64,000 nt of DNA from an uncultured Propionivibrio sp. (GTDB lineage: Bacteria; Pseudomonadota; Gammaproteobacteria; Burkholderiales; Rhodocyclaceae): positions 127 through 64,126 of the forward strand of contig CAZNQL010000017.1 of assembly GCA_964575415.1 (NCBI GenBank), read 5' to 3'. A program made the position numbers and the translations under genes. Below are positions 29,875-39,685 of the stretch, in pieces. The stretch's first letter is position 1, and each line of letters starts with the position of its first letter. Under the pieces are notes generated by a model that was given only the letters and a program-made list of their open reading frames with translations, made no database searches and had not been told where the DNA came from.

Positions 29875-30075
29875 GTCCGTTTTACTCACTGGTGACAGAC
29901 TGCCTTTGGTCGAAAGTATGCATTGACGGTATTTGGAAGCCGCCGTTAGACTGATGGAATACAGCCCAAAGCTGAAACCGGTCAGAAGCAGCCATATCGC
30001 CAATTCTTCTTAAGCTGCCATTTCAACGTTATTTAGTTCATCCATAAACGCCAAAAAGGATGTGTAAGCTCGGCC

Positions 30076-30888
30076 ATGAAAAAAACTCTCCTTACTTTGC
30101 TTGCCTTACTTCCTCTTACCTTCGTAGCCAAAGAAGCAACCTCAGGAACAATGCCACCTGAATGGTGTGAGGAAAAATGGCAAGCCGAGACGTCTGCGCT
30201 TTACCCTGAGACGGGACAGTCTGTAAATGTTGCTGAGACGTGGCTGAAATACAAAGACCAGTGCGAAGGAACTGTTACGTTCGAGAGCAGGCTTGCAATT
30301 GCATATGCAATGAATGGTCAATTCGATAACGCAAGGAATGTTTCCCAGTCAATAACAGCCAAGGATAGCAAGTATGAATACTTGGCAACCTTTTCAGGTA
30401 TAGCTATCGACTACTTTGGGATTATGCACAAAGACCGAATTTCTGAATTTGATGTAAGAACCATAAAAGACAAGTTGGTTGCCTATGTCGGCAAATATCC
30501 AGATTTTCCTGACGCAAATGGACTGCTTGGCGGGCTGTATTCTATGTTGGGCGAACATCAAGCAGCTATTGCATCTTTAGAGCGCGCTAAAGATACAAAA
30601 ATGGACGCTAGTGGCGTTTATAGAAATTTAACAATCAGTCTAACTGAGGTTGGTAGATACCAAGAAGCCATAAATGCAGGAAATACTGCTTATCGTTTGA
30701 AGAAAGCTGTTACTTCTGATCAGTATTTTGCTTATGCAATAGCGAAAGCGGATGCTGGCATAGGGGACTTCAAGTCTGCCATAACTGCATTGCAAGTAAT
30801 TGCTCATAAGAAGCCAGAAGTACGGTCTGATCCGGAATTTAAGGCAACAGTTGATTTTGTGAAAAATAAACACAATACCGCCAAATAA
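30076..30888 (+). CDS. Exported TPR-like helical-repeat protein
   Basis: Signal peptide MKKTLLTLLALLP; TPR-like segments YPDFPDA..LLG.LY...G....AI..LERA and Y.NL...L...GRYQEAI. Confidence 0.7.
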   Translation: MKKTLLTLLALLPLTFVAKEATSGTMPPEWCEEKWQAETSALYPETGQSVNVAETWLKYKDQCEGTVTFESRLAIAYAMNGQFDNARNVSQSITAKDSKYEYLATFSGIAIDYFGIMHKDRISEFDVRTIKDKLVAYVGKYPDFPDANGLLGGLYSMLGEHQAAIASLERAKDTKMDASGVYRNLTISLTEVGRYQEAINAGNTAYRLKKAVTSDQYFAYAIAKADAGIGDFKSAITALQVIAHKKPEVRSDPEFKATVDFVKNKHNTAK

Positions 30889-31035
30889 AAATTGAATATG
30901 GTCGGGGAAAGCGGTCCGAGAATGCGAAGGGAAACGTTGGAGATGGACGTCTGCTTTTCTGCTAGCTGACTGACCGAAATGGGTCGATAGCCGAAGTAGC
31001 CAGCCAAAGAAGCTGACTTTTCACCGTTTAAAGTT

Positions 31036-31076
31036 CAAATGGCCGGTCTATATGTCGAACCGGCCATTTTTCATTG
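31036..31076. repeat. Right end site, inverted relative to 27461-27501
   Basis: CAAATGGCCGGTCT-atatgtc-GAACCGGCCATTTTTCATTG. Confidence 0.85.
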
Positions 31077-31256
31077 ATGACGTATCTGGCCGCAAAGGCC
31101 GAGAACCGGACGCAAACGCGCCGTTAGCGTCTCCAAATACCTTGAAGCGCATTCTTTTCTGGGATGAAAAGCAAAAAGCTAAGCTCAGATAGGCTGGCTT
31201 TGACGTGGAAGCATACCCTTGCCAAACGGCAAAGTGATGGTTGCAGGAATAGGCGC

Positions 31257-32168
31257 CTACGGGTAAGCGTGCGATTCGAAGCGGAAGAGCGCCGGTTCGT
31301 CGGTGTCGATGATGACCTTGATCCATCCCATCCACGGGTAGCCGAAGGTTTCGAGGCGGGTGAAGTTGGCGATCGGGCCTTGGCCGTCGGGGCGGCGCAG
31401 AGGATGGTCGATGCGGTGCCAGTGCGTGTCGCCATGCACGAGCAGCACCTGGCCGGGGAAGTCGAGCGTTTCCTGGCGCAGGGTTTCGAGCAGGTCGCGG
31501 AATCCGTTCTTGGCGAGGCCGGCGGCGAACAGCTTGAAGATAGGGTCGGCCTGCATGACGACGACGATGCCGGGCGCATGCTCTCGTCGCGCCAGCGCGA
31601 AGCCCTGCCGCAGCCAGTCGAGGATCGCCGGGTTGCGCGCCGCAAACTCCGGGCTGGGTTGTTTTCGGATGCCGTGATTGTTGTTCGGGCCGGGGACGTT
31701 GATCGTCAGGAAACGTACCGGTCCGAGCCGCCAGCGCAGGTTTTCCGGAAAGTCAGCGGACTGGCGTTCGACGGCGATTTTCCGTTGCCCCAGAGACTGC
31801 GGCTCGGCGAAGAAGATTTCCCGCAGCCGGTTCAGGCGTTCGACCGGGTCGTAATCACCGGCGACGAGTACCTTGCAGTCCGTCCATTCGTTGTCGCCGG
31901 GCGTGTACAGGAAAGGCACGCGCGACGAATCGAAGAGGGCCTTGCGGTCGAGCAGAATTTCGTCGCTGCATTTCGCCGAGCTGCGCTTGATGTCGCCGGC
32001 ATGGACGATGAATTCCGGCTGCTCATTCTCGATCAGCCTGAGCAGGGACGGCATTTCCCGGCGTTCGTAGTCGCTGTAGGGAACGTCGCCGATGACGGCG
32101 AACTTCCAGGTCTCGGCCTGCGCCGTGGCGGCCAGCAGCAGGCAGCACGCGGCGAGCAGCGTTTTCAT
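31257..32168 (-). CDS. Exported calcineurin-like metallophosphoesterase
   Basis: GDVPY, HAGDIK, PGDNEWTDC, HGDTH; signal peptide. Confidence 0.88.
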   Translation of the reverse strand: MKTLLAACCLLLAATAQAETWKFAVIGDVPYSDYERREMPSLLRLIENEQPEFIVHAGDIKRSSAKCSDEILLDRKALFDSSRVPFLYTPGDNEWTDCKVLVAGDYDPVERLNRLREIFFAEPQSLGQRKIAVERQSADFPENLRWRLGPVRFLTINVPGPNNNHGIRKQPSPEFAARNPAILDWLRQGFALARREHAPGIVVVMQADPIFKLFAAGLAKNGFRDLLETLRQETLDFPGQVLLVHGDTHWHRIDHPLRRPDGQGPIANFTRLETFGYPWMGWIKVIIDTDEPALFRFESHAYP

Positions 32169-32326
32169 ACTGCCCCCCCTTGTTTAACCACAGCGGCCAC
32201 GGCGAGAATCCTGATTTTTCGGCCAGTTTTTGCAGTCACCCATCGGGTGATCAATCAAGCCGGCATAAGCTCTTGGATTTTCGCCGTGTTCTCTGCGCTC
32301 GCGGTGGTTATCTGCTTTTTCCAGGT

Positions 32327-34924
32327 TCATTTTTGCAGGCGCTTCAACTCGTAAAGGGCTTCGAGCGCCTGTTTCGGCGTCAGCTCGTCGGGGTCGATGG
32401 CGTCCAGGTGTTCGAGTGCCGGATGCGCTTCGACGTCCTCGGGTTCCGGTGTGACGGGCAGCGCGGGGGCAAACAAGTCCGGCTGCGGGGAACTGGTTGC
32501 GGCGCGTTGTTCGAGTTCGCGCAATTGCCGACGCGCCGCCTTGACGACGGAGGTCGGGATGCCGGCCAGCGCCGCGACCTGGATACCGTAGCTCTGGTTG
32601 GCCGGGCCTTCCTCGACCGCGTGCAGGAAGACGATCTTCTCGCCATGCTCGACGGCGCCGAGGTGCACGTTGGCCAGTTCGGGGTATTCGCCGGCGAGCA
32701 GCGTGAGTTCGAAGTAATGCGTGGCGAACAGTGTCAGCGCGCGGTTTTTCTCGACGAGATGGCGGCAGATGGCGAAGGCCAGCGCCAGGCCGTCGAAGGT
32801 CGAGGTGCCGCGCCCGATCTCGTCCATCAGCACCAGGCTGTTGGCGGTCGCGTGGTGCAGGATCGCCGCCGACTCGGTCATTTCGACCATGAAGGTCGAA
32901 CGCCCGGAGGCGAGGTCATCGGAGGCGCCGATACGCGTGAAGATCTGGTCGAGCGGGCCGAGGACGACGCGGTTGGCCGGCACGAAGCTGCCGACGTGGG
33001 CCATCAGGGCGATCAGTGCCGTCTGCCGCATGTAGGTCGATTTACCGCCCATGTTCGGGCCGGTGATGAGCAGCAGGCGGCGGCCATCGCCCAAGCGGGT
33101 GTCGTTGGCGATGAACGATTCGCCGCCGGCCAGTTCGTTCTCGACGACTGGGTGGCGGCCGCCTTCGATCAGCAGGCCGGGCTCCGGGGAAAACTGCGGC
33201 CGGCAGTAATTGCGCGCCAGCGCCACGTCGGCGAAGGCGGCGAGCAGATCGACCTGCGCGACGGCGCGGGCGATTTCCTGCAGGCGCGGCAAATCGTCCT
33301 GCAGGGCGGCGAGCACGCCTTCGTAGAGGATCTTCTCGCGCGCCAGTGCGCGATCCTGTGCCGAGAGCGCCTTGTCTTCGAAGCTTTTCAGCTCCGGCGT
33401 GATGTAGCGCTCGGCGTTCTTCAGCGTCTGCCGGCGGCGGTAGTCGTCCGGCACCTTGTCGGCGTTGGCGTGGGTGACCTCGATGTAGAAGCCATGCACG
33501 CGGTTGTATTCGACCTTGAGGTTGGCGATGCCGGTGCGCTCGCGTTCGCGGGTTTCGAGATCGACGAGGAAGGCGCCGCAGTTGTCGTTGATGTTGCGCA
33601 GTTCGTCGAGTTCGGCGTCGAAGCCGGCGGCGATCACGTTGCCGTCGCGGATCAGCGCGTTCGGCTCGTGCAGGATGGCGCGGCCGAGCAGATCAAGCGC
33701 CGCTGCCGGGGTGTCCAGCGCGGCGATCAATTCGTCGAGCAACGGCGACGGCGAGCCGGTCAGCGGCATGCGCAGGTCGTCCAGACGATGCAAACTTTCG
33801 CGCAGGCTGGAGAGGTCGCGCGGACGCGCGGAAAAGAGCGCGATGCGGCCGGCAATACGTTCGATATCGGCAATGCCGCGCAGGGCTTGGCGGACATCGC
33901 GCTGGCGGCCGGCGCCGTCGTCGAGCAGGGCTTCGACGGCGGCTTGGCGCGCCGCCGGAATTGCCGGGTCGCGCAAGGGATGGTGCAGGGCATGGCGCAG
34001 CGCGCGCGAGCCCATCGCGGTGACGCAGGTGTCGAGCAGGCTGCACAGCGTCGGCGCCGGTTGGCCGCGCAGGGTCTCGGTGAGTTCGAGATTGCGCCGC
34101 GTGGCCGGGTCGAGGCCGAGGAAGGTCGCGTCGCGTTCGACGCTCATGGCGCGCACGTGGGGCAGGGCGCGCGCCTGGGTCGCCTGCGCGTAGCGTAGCA
34201 GGGCGCCAGCGGCGGCAATGCCGGGGCGCAGGCCGTCGGCGCCAAAGCCGGAGAGCGAGGCCGTCTTGAAGTGCGCGCACAATTCGCGTTCCGCGGCCTC
34301 GGCGTCGAAGTGCCAGTCGGGGCGGCGTGTCAGGGCTGCTTCCGGTGTGAAAGACAGTTCGAGGCTTTCTGGGAGGACGATTTCCGACGGGCGGATACGC
34401 TCGATGGTTGCCGCGAGTTTGTCGGCGCCGACCTCGCTGACGCGGAAATCGCCACTCGCTAGGTTGAGCCAGGCGAGGCCGCAGTTCTGCCGCGTGACGG
34501 CGATGGCGAGCAGCAGCACGTCGCGCTTGTCGTCGAGCAGCGCCGCGTCGGTCAGCGTGCCGGGGGTGACGATGCGCGCCACGGCGCGTTCGACCGGCCC
34601 CTTGCTCGTCGCCGGATCGCCGACCTGCTCACAGATCACCACCGATTCGCCCAGCTTGACGAGGCGGGCGATGTACTGCTCTGCGGCGTGGTACGGCACG
34701 CCGGCCATCTTGATCGGCACGCCGGCACTCTGGCCGCGCGTCGTCAGCGTGATGTCGAGCAGGCGCGCGGCCTTCTCGGCGTCCTCATAGAACAGCTCGT
34801 AGAAATCCCCCATCCGGTAGAAGAGCAGGAGGTCCGGATGCTGGGCCTTGAGGCCGAGATACTGGCGCATCATCGGGGTGTGCTTGTCCAGCCCGTCGTC
34901 GATTGGGGATGAGGTCTTCTGCAT
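32327..34924 (-). CDS. mutS: DNA mismatch repair protein MutS
   Basis: [50 protein letters not shown]. Confidence 0.98.
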   Translation of the reverse strand: MQKTSSPIDDGLDKHTPMMRQYLGLKAQHPDLLLFYRMGDFYELFYEDAEKAARLLDITLTTRGQSAGVPIKMAGVPYHAAEQYIARLVKLGESVVICEQVGDPATSKGPVERAVARIVTPGTLTDAALLDDKRDVLLLAIAVTRQNCGLAWLNLASGDFRVSEVGADKLAATIERIRPSEIVLPESLELSFTPEAALTRRPDWHFDAEAAERELCAHFKTASLSGFGADGLRPGIAAAGALLRYAQATQARALPHVRAMSVERDATFLGLDPATRRNLELTETLRGQPAPTLCSLLDTCVTAMGSRALRHALHHPLRDPAIPAARQAAVEALLDDGAGRQRDVRQALRGIADIERIAGRIALFSARPRDLSSLRESLHRLDDLRMPLTGSPSPLLDELIAALDTPAAALDLLGRAILHEPNALIRDGNVIAAGFDAELDELRNINDNCGAFLVDLETRERERTGIANLKVEYNRVHGFYIEVTHANADKVPDDYRRRQTLKNAERYITPELKSFEDKALSAQDRALAREKILYEGVLAALQDDLPRLQEIARAVAQVDLLAAFADVALARNYCRPQFSPEPGLLIEGGRHPVVENELAGGESFIANDTRLGDGRRLLLITGPNMGGKSTYMRQTALIALMAHVGSFVPANRVVLGPLDQIFTRIGASDDLASGRSTFMVEMTESAAILHHATANSLVLMDEIGRGTSTFDGLALAFAICRHLVEKNRALTLFATHYFELTLLAGEYPELANVHLGAVEHGEKIVFLHAVEEGPANQSYGIQVAALAGIPTSVVKAARRQLRELEQRAATSSPQPDLFAPALPVTPEPEDVEAHPALEHLDAIDPDELTPKQALEALYELKRLQK

Positions 34925-35238
34925 TATTTTTCGGTGTGTATTGGCAGCGGGAATGCCGCGCCACGCGTTTTCGGGAAGGGGGCTATCTTACCAGCAGGCG
35001 CCGCCGGTGAGCTTACCGCATAGTCTCGTTTGTTAGCGGCGATGGGGCATCCTAGCACTAGCAAGGGGTGATTTCTATCTGGTGGCTTGCTTAATGGCTT
35101 CTCCTTGTCATTGCTGCTAGTTGTAAACGCTGGCGCGCTTGGCTCGCAATTTTCGGTGAGCGAACTATATTACCTACTTGCATTGATCATTTTTCGTGCA
35201 TCAGAAAGCGGCTGTCCCCAGCAAGAAAGGAGTTCCGC

Positions 35239-35703
35239 ATGTTCATCTCATCGAGTGCTTTTCCGCCAGGAGGAACGATTCCGATGGTGAATACCTGCGA
35301 GGGCGCCAATGTTTCGCCGCCGCTGGCGTGGGGCGATGTACCGGCTGGTGCCAAGAGCTTGGTGCTGATTGTCGATGATCCCGACGCGCCGGATCCCGGC
35401 GCGCCGCAGATGACCTGGGTGCATTGGGTGTTGTACAACCTGCCGGCCAATTGCCGGGAATTGCCGGAGGCGGTTCAGACTTTGCCTGCGGGAACCTTAG
35501 AAGGGGTGAGCGATTGGAAGCGCACCGGCTACGGCGGGCCGTGTCCGCCCATCGGGCGGCACCGCTATTTCCACAAGCTCTATGCACTCGACGTTGTCTT
35601 GCCTGATCTGCATAGGCCTGACAAGAAGCGGCTGGAGCTGGCCATGCGCGGGCATGTGCTGGCCGAGGCGCAACTGGTGGGTACATACCAGAATGCGTTG
35701 TAA
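35239..35703 (+). CDS. YbhB/YbcL (PEBP) family protein
   Basis: G.NVSPPL.W, DDPDAP, WVHWVL.N, YGGPCPP.G.HRY. Confidence 0.92.
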   Translation: MFISSSAFPPGGTIPMVNTCEGANVSPPLAWGDVPAGAKSLVLIVDDPDAPDPGAPQMTWVHWVLYNLPANCRELPEAVQTLPAGTLEGVSDWKRTGYGGPCPPIGRHRYFHKLYALDVVLPDLHRPDKKRLELAMRGHVLAEAQLVGTYQNAL

Positions 35704-35740
35704 TTTCAGCCGGTCGCTGGTTTTGTGTGGGAGATGAAAG

Positions 35741-36481
35741 GTGGCAGTGCTGAGAAATTCGGTCGAGCTGCGTTTCTACGCCGAGCTGGCGGATTTTCTT
35801 CCTCCCGTCTTGCGCGGCCGAAGTTTCACGCACGCCGTCGCACCGCATGAATCGGTTAAACACGTCATCGAAGCGCTGGGGGTGCCGCATACTGAAGTTG
35901 GCATCCTGCTCGTCAATGGCGAGATGGCGGACATGGGGCGTCGCTTGCAGGCGGACGACCGGGTTGCAGTACTGCCGGCGTTGCGGCGCTTGCTGCCGCG
36001 TGCTGGGGTGGCGCCGCGCTTCGCTGCCGACGCGCATCTCGGGCGTCTGGCGCGTTATTTGCGCTTTGCCGGATTCGATACGCTCTGGGATAACGCCTGG
36101 GACGATGCCGATCTCGTCGCCGCTGCTTCGGTCGAGGCGCGTGTCGTCCTGACCCGCGACCGGGCGTTGCTGATGCACCGCGCCTTGCAGGAAGGCTGCT
36201 ATTTGCGCGACATGGCGCCGCTGGCGCAATTGGCCGATGTCGCGACGCGTTACACGCTCGATCTCGATACTGTTCGTCCGGGGCGTTGTCTCGCATGCAA
36301 CGTCGTGCTCGAAGCCATTGCCAAACGCGAGGTCGCAGACCGCCTGTTACCAGGGACACTCGCCGGTTTCGACGACTTCTGGCGTTGCCGTCGTTGCGGT
36401 GGCGTGTTCTGGCGCGGTGCGCACTGGAAACGCATGCGCGACGCCATGACGCGAGTCATGGCGTATTCTCGTGGGGCATGA
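35741..36481 (+). CDS. Mut7-C RNase (ubiquitin-like + PIN + Zn ribbon)
   Basis: SVKHVIEALGVPHTEV, ADAHLGRLARYLR..GFD, RC..CN / C..CG.VFW.G.H. Confidence 0.9.
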   Translation: MAVLRNSVELRFYAELADFLPPVLRGRSFTHAVAPHESVKHVIEALGVPHTEVGILLVNGEMADMGRRLQADDRVAVLPALRRLLPRAGVAPRFAADAHLGRLARYLRFAGFDTLWDNAWDDADLVAAASVEARVVLTRDRALLMHRALQEGCYLRDMAPLAQLADVATRYTLDLDTVRPGRCLACNVVLEAIAKREVADRLLPGTLAGFDDFWRCRRCGGVFWRGAHWKRMRDAMTRVMAYSRGA

Positions 36482-37685
36482 CAAATTACCGGCTTTTGTC
36501 CGGCCGCTCATCCTGTTCGGCGCGTTCGATCGCCATAATTTCGGCGATCTGCTCCTCGGCGAAATTGCCGCCGCGCTGATCCGTCCGCAGCCGGTTACGT
36601 TCGCCGGCTTGGTCGAACGGGATATGTCGGCCTATGGTGCCAGGCGAGTGAGAGCGATTACGGCACTGGCCCGCGAGTGGGCGGGCGATGTCGCCGACGT
36701 CGTGCACGTCGGCGGCGAACTGCTGACTTGTACCCTTTATGAAGCGGCGGTAATGCTGCAAACCGATGACGAAGCGCAAGCCGTCATCGCTCGTTACGAT
36801 GCCGATCCGCAACGCGGCCATGCTTGGGCGGCGCGCCAGCTCGGGCTCGATCAGGCGGTTGCTTATTTGGTGCACCGGGATTTTTTCCGGCGTTCCGGCG
36901 TTTTTACCTATCTCGGCGTCGGCGGCGTCGAACTCGATCGGTTGCCGGAAGCGGCGCGCGCACAGGTCCATGCTGGCCTCGCGGCGGCGAATTTTGTCTG
37001 GGTGCGGGACCGGGAAACTGCTCGTCACTTGCAAATGGCCGGCGTGCCGGCGCTGCTGGCCCCTGATCCGGCCGAAATGACGTCGGCGCTATTCGGCACC
37101 GTCGTCCGCGAGCAGGCATCGTGTGCGCGGTAGGCGGCGATTCATGAGCGCTTTCCCGGCGGGTATCTGGCGGTGCAGTTCAGCGCCTATTTCGGTGACG
37201 ACGCGACGCTTGATGTCATCGGCCGGCAACTGGTGCAGATTCACCGCGAGCAGGGCTTGGGCATCGTCCTTTTTTGTGCCGGCGCGGCGCCTTGGTACGA
37301 CCGCTTGGACGTCTATCGAAGGCTTGTGCAAGGAACGGCCGGACTCGGCGCCGTTATTTTCGAGGCGTTGGATATCTGGGAGATTTGCGCGCTTCTTGCC
37401 GGTAGCTGCGGCACTATCGGATCGAGCCTGCACGCGCGCATCGTCGCCGAAGCTTTCGGGTGCCCGGCCGCGAGTTTGGTGCGGAATAGCAGCGAGCGGT
37501 CGAAGGTCGGGGCCTATGTGGCGACCTGGATTCCCGGCGCGCTGGCGACGGTCGTGTCGCCGGAGGAAATGGTTTCCGCCTGGCGGCGGGCGTTGACGTT
37601 CGAACCCGGCAACAGCCGACAATTGCAACAGGCCATCGCCGCCGCGAATATCTTCCGTGAGGCGCGAGGTTTGCCGCCGCTCTAG
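36471..37685 (+). pseudogene. Polysaccharide pyruvyl transferase-family protein interrupted by an in-frame TAG at 37131-37133
   Basis: GAFDRHNFGDLL, WVRD, PDPA, GSSLH.RI; both ORF halves share one frame (702 nt apart). Confidence 0.75.
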
Positions 37686-37912
37686 AACCAGCTTTCCACT
37701 TTTTCCCGGCTCGGTACGCCGCCGGAATGCACGACGGTGCCGTCGATCACGACGCCGGGCGTCGACATGACGCCGTAGGCGGCAATCGACGGGAAGTCCT
37801 CGACTTTGTCGATGCTGATGGCGACGTTTTTCTCCTTGGCGACGGCTTCGACGAGGGCGTAGGTGTTGCGGCAGTTGGCGCAGCCGCTGCCGAGAATCTT
37901 GATGTTTTTCAT
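37682..37912 (-). CDS. Small thioredoxin-like redox-active disulfide protein (MTH895 type)
   Basis: IKILGSGCANC, YGVMSTPG.VIDG. Confidence 0.9.
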   Translation of the reverse strand: MKNIKILGSGCANCRNTYALVEAVAKEKNVAISIDKVEDFPSIAAYGVMSTPGVVIDGTVVHSGGVPSREKVESWF

Positions 37913-37950
37913 CTGTATGCTCTCCTTTGAAATTGAATGGCTGTTGTCGC

Positions 37951-39009
37951 TCAAAACACTGCGTTGAAGACGTATCCCACCATCAGGATGCCGGCGGCGA
38001 CGACGCCGGCGAAGATGGCGATCAGGCGCGGCTTCAACACCTTACGCAGGATGATCATTTCCGGCGCCGAGAGGGCGATCACCGCCATCATGAAAGCCAG
38101 CACGGTTCCCAGCGCCGCGCCCTTGCCGATGAGCGCTTCGATGACGGGGACGATGCCGGCGGCGTTGGAGTACATCGGTACACCGAGCAGCACGGCTGCC
38201 GGCACCGTCCACCAAGCGTCACGACCTATGAGCGATGCCATGAAATCTTCAGGGACGTAGCCATGAATGGCGGCGCCCAGACCGATGCCAGCCAGGAGAT
38301 AGGGAAAGACCTTGCCGACGATTTGCCTGACGTGTGCCCAGCCTGATTCGAAGCGCTCAATCCATGACATCGAAAAGCCGTTGTGGGGATGCGCCTCGCC
38401 GGTTTGAAGTGCGCGGACCAACTCTTCAAGGTGCTTCTCCATGCCGAGCGCGCCAATGACCAGGCCGGATAGGATGGCGACCAGCAGCCCCAAGGCGAGG
38501 TACAGTCCGGCGACTTTCCAGCCGAACATGCCAAAGAGCAGTACCAGCGCCACTTCATTGACCATCGGCGCTGAAATCAGGAAGGAAAACGTCACGCCCA
38601 ACGGTACGTCGGCCGAGAGGAAGCCGATGAACAGGGGCACGGCGGAACACGAGCAGAAGGGCGTCACGATGCCGAGCGTCGCGGCGAGAACATTGCCGAT
38701 CCCGAGGCGCTTGCCCGACAACAGCGCGCGGGTCCGTTCCGGCACGAAGAAGGTCTGGACGATGCCCATCACGAAGACGATGCCGATCAGGAGCATGAGG
38801 ACTTTGGGTGTGTCGTAGCTGAAGAAGTGGATCGCTTCACCGAGCCGCGTGTTCCGCGTCAGTCCGAGCGCGCCGATCACGGCGTCCGCGAAATCGGTCA
38901 GATGGCTATAGATTGCAATCCAGGCGAATGAAGTCAGGACGAGAATACCCGTCCAGCCGAATACGCTGGATTTGGTCCTTTGAGCGGGCGAAACGGAAAC
39001 CTCCGACAT
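37951..39009 (-). CDS. ArsP/DUF318-type permease
   Basis: TPFCSCSAVP, FSFLISAPMVNE, GVPMYSNAAG, LSAPEMIIL. Confidence 0.9.
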   Translation of the reverse strand: MSEVSVSPAQRTKSSVFGWTGILVLTSFAWIAIYSHLTDFADAVIGALGLTRNTRLGEAIHFFSYDTPKVLMLLIGIVFVMGIVQTFFVPERTRALLSGKRLGIGNVLAATLGIVTPFCSCSAVPLFIGFLSADVPLGVTFSFLISAPMVNEVALVLLFGMFGWKVAGLYLALGLLVAILSGLVIGALGMEKHLEELVRALQTGEAHPHNGFSMSWIERFESGWAHVRQIVGKVFPYLLAGIGLGAAIHGYVPEDFMASLIGRDAWWTVPAAVLLGVPMYSNAAGIVPVIEALIGKGAALGTVLAFMMAVIALSAPEMIILRKVLKPRLIAIFAGVVAAGILMVGYVFNAVF

Positions 39010-39086
39010 GCAAAACTCCGGGTGATCGGTCTGTTCGAAAAGGTGGACGAAGCGGCGCGAAAAAGGATGCCGTATTTCCGGAAAAT

Positions 39087-39662
39087 TTATTCTTGATTGC
39101 GATTGCCCACGGCGAGCGGCGGTCGCGGCACGAAACAGCAGACTTCTCCCCGGTCGCCAAATTCGACCTGGCAGGCTTCGACCAGGCGGGACTGCAAGCG
39201 GCGTCTGGCGCGCTGCACGCGCGATTTCGCTGCCGGAAGCGAAATTTTTAGACGATCCGCGAATTCCTGCTGGGTCAGCCCTTTCAGGTCGCAGAGGGTG
39301 ATGGCTTCGCGATCCTCGGCGGAGAGTTCGGACAGGACGCGCGGCAGGCATTGCGCCAATGCGTCTACCGTGTCCGATTGCGGTTCGTCCTCGGCGCGCA
39401 AGTCATCGGGCAAGGGAACTTGTTCGCGGCTGAGCCGGAAACGGTCGATCAATAGATTCCGGGCGACACGGAATAACCAGGCACGCGGATTGTCGAGCTC
39501 GCAGAACGCCCGGTCGAGAAGCAGTGCTTTCAGAAAAACCTCTTGCAACAGATCATCCGCTTCCGCCTTGTCGGCGACACGTCCGGCCAGAAAGTTGCCG
39601 ATCTCGGCCTTGTGGGCTCGCCAGGCGCGATTAAGGCAGGTGAAGGCGGTTACCGCGTTCAT
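39087..39662 (-). CDS. sigZ: ECF sigma factor, SigZ-like
   Basis: ADDLLQEVFLK, AWLFRVARN, AKSRVQRAR, terminal CC. Confidence 0.75.
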   Translation of the reverse strand: MNAVTAFTCLNRAWRAHKAEIGNFLAGRVADKAEADDLLQEVFLKALLLDRAFCELDNPRAWLFRVARNLLIDRFRLSREQVPLPDDLRAEDEPQSDTVDALAQCLPRVLSELSAEDREAITLCDLKGLTQQEFADRLKISLPAAKSRVQRARRRLQSRLVEACQVEFGDRGEVCCFVPRPPLAVGNRNQE

Positions 39663-39685
39663 GCGCCTGCCGCTTCGGCTTGTTG

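Larger units (their letters stand above)
27423..31130. mobile_element. Tyrosine-recombinase cassette island bounded by inverted palindromic sites
   Basis: Visibly AT-richer than the flanks; recombinase plus three unrelated single-gene cargos; 41-bp inverted end repeats. Confidence 0.75.

Noticed and set aside
31150-34924. Higher GC of the phosphoesterase-mutS block (and metY-rdgC) as evidence of transfer or chimerism
   Set aside because: Visual impression only and not computed; these are core genes, so codon bias is a sufficient explanation.
37131-37133. Pyrrolysine or other amber recoding
   Set aside because: No pyl genes in the window and no reason to expect Pyl in this family; a point change is simpler.
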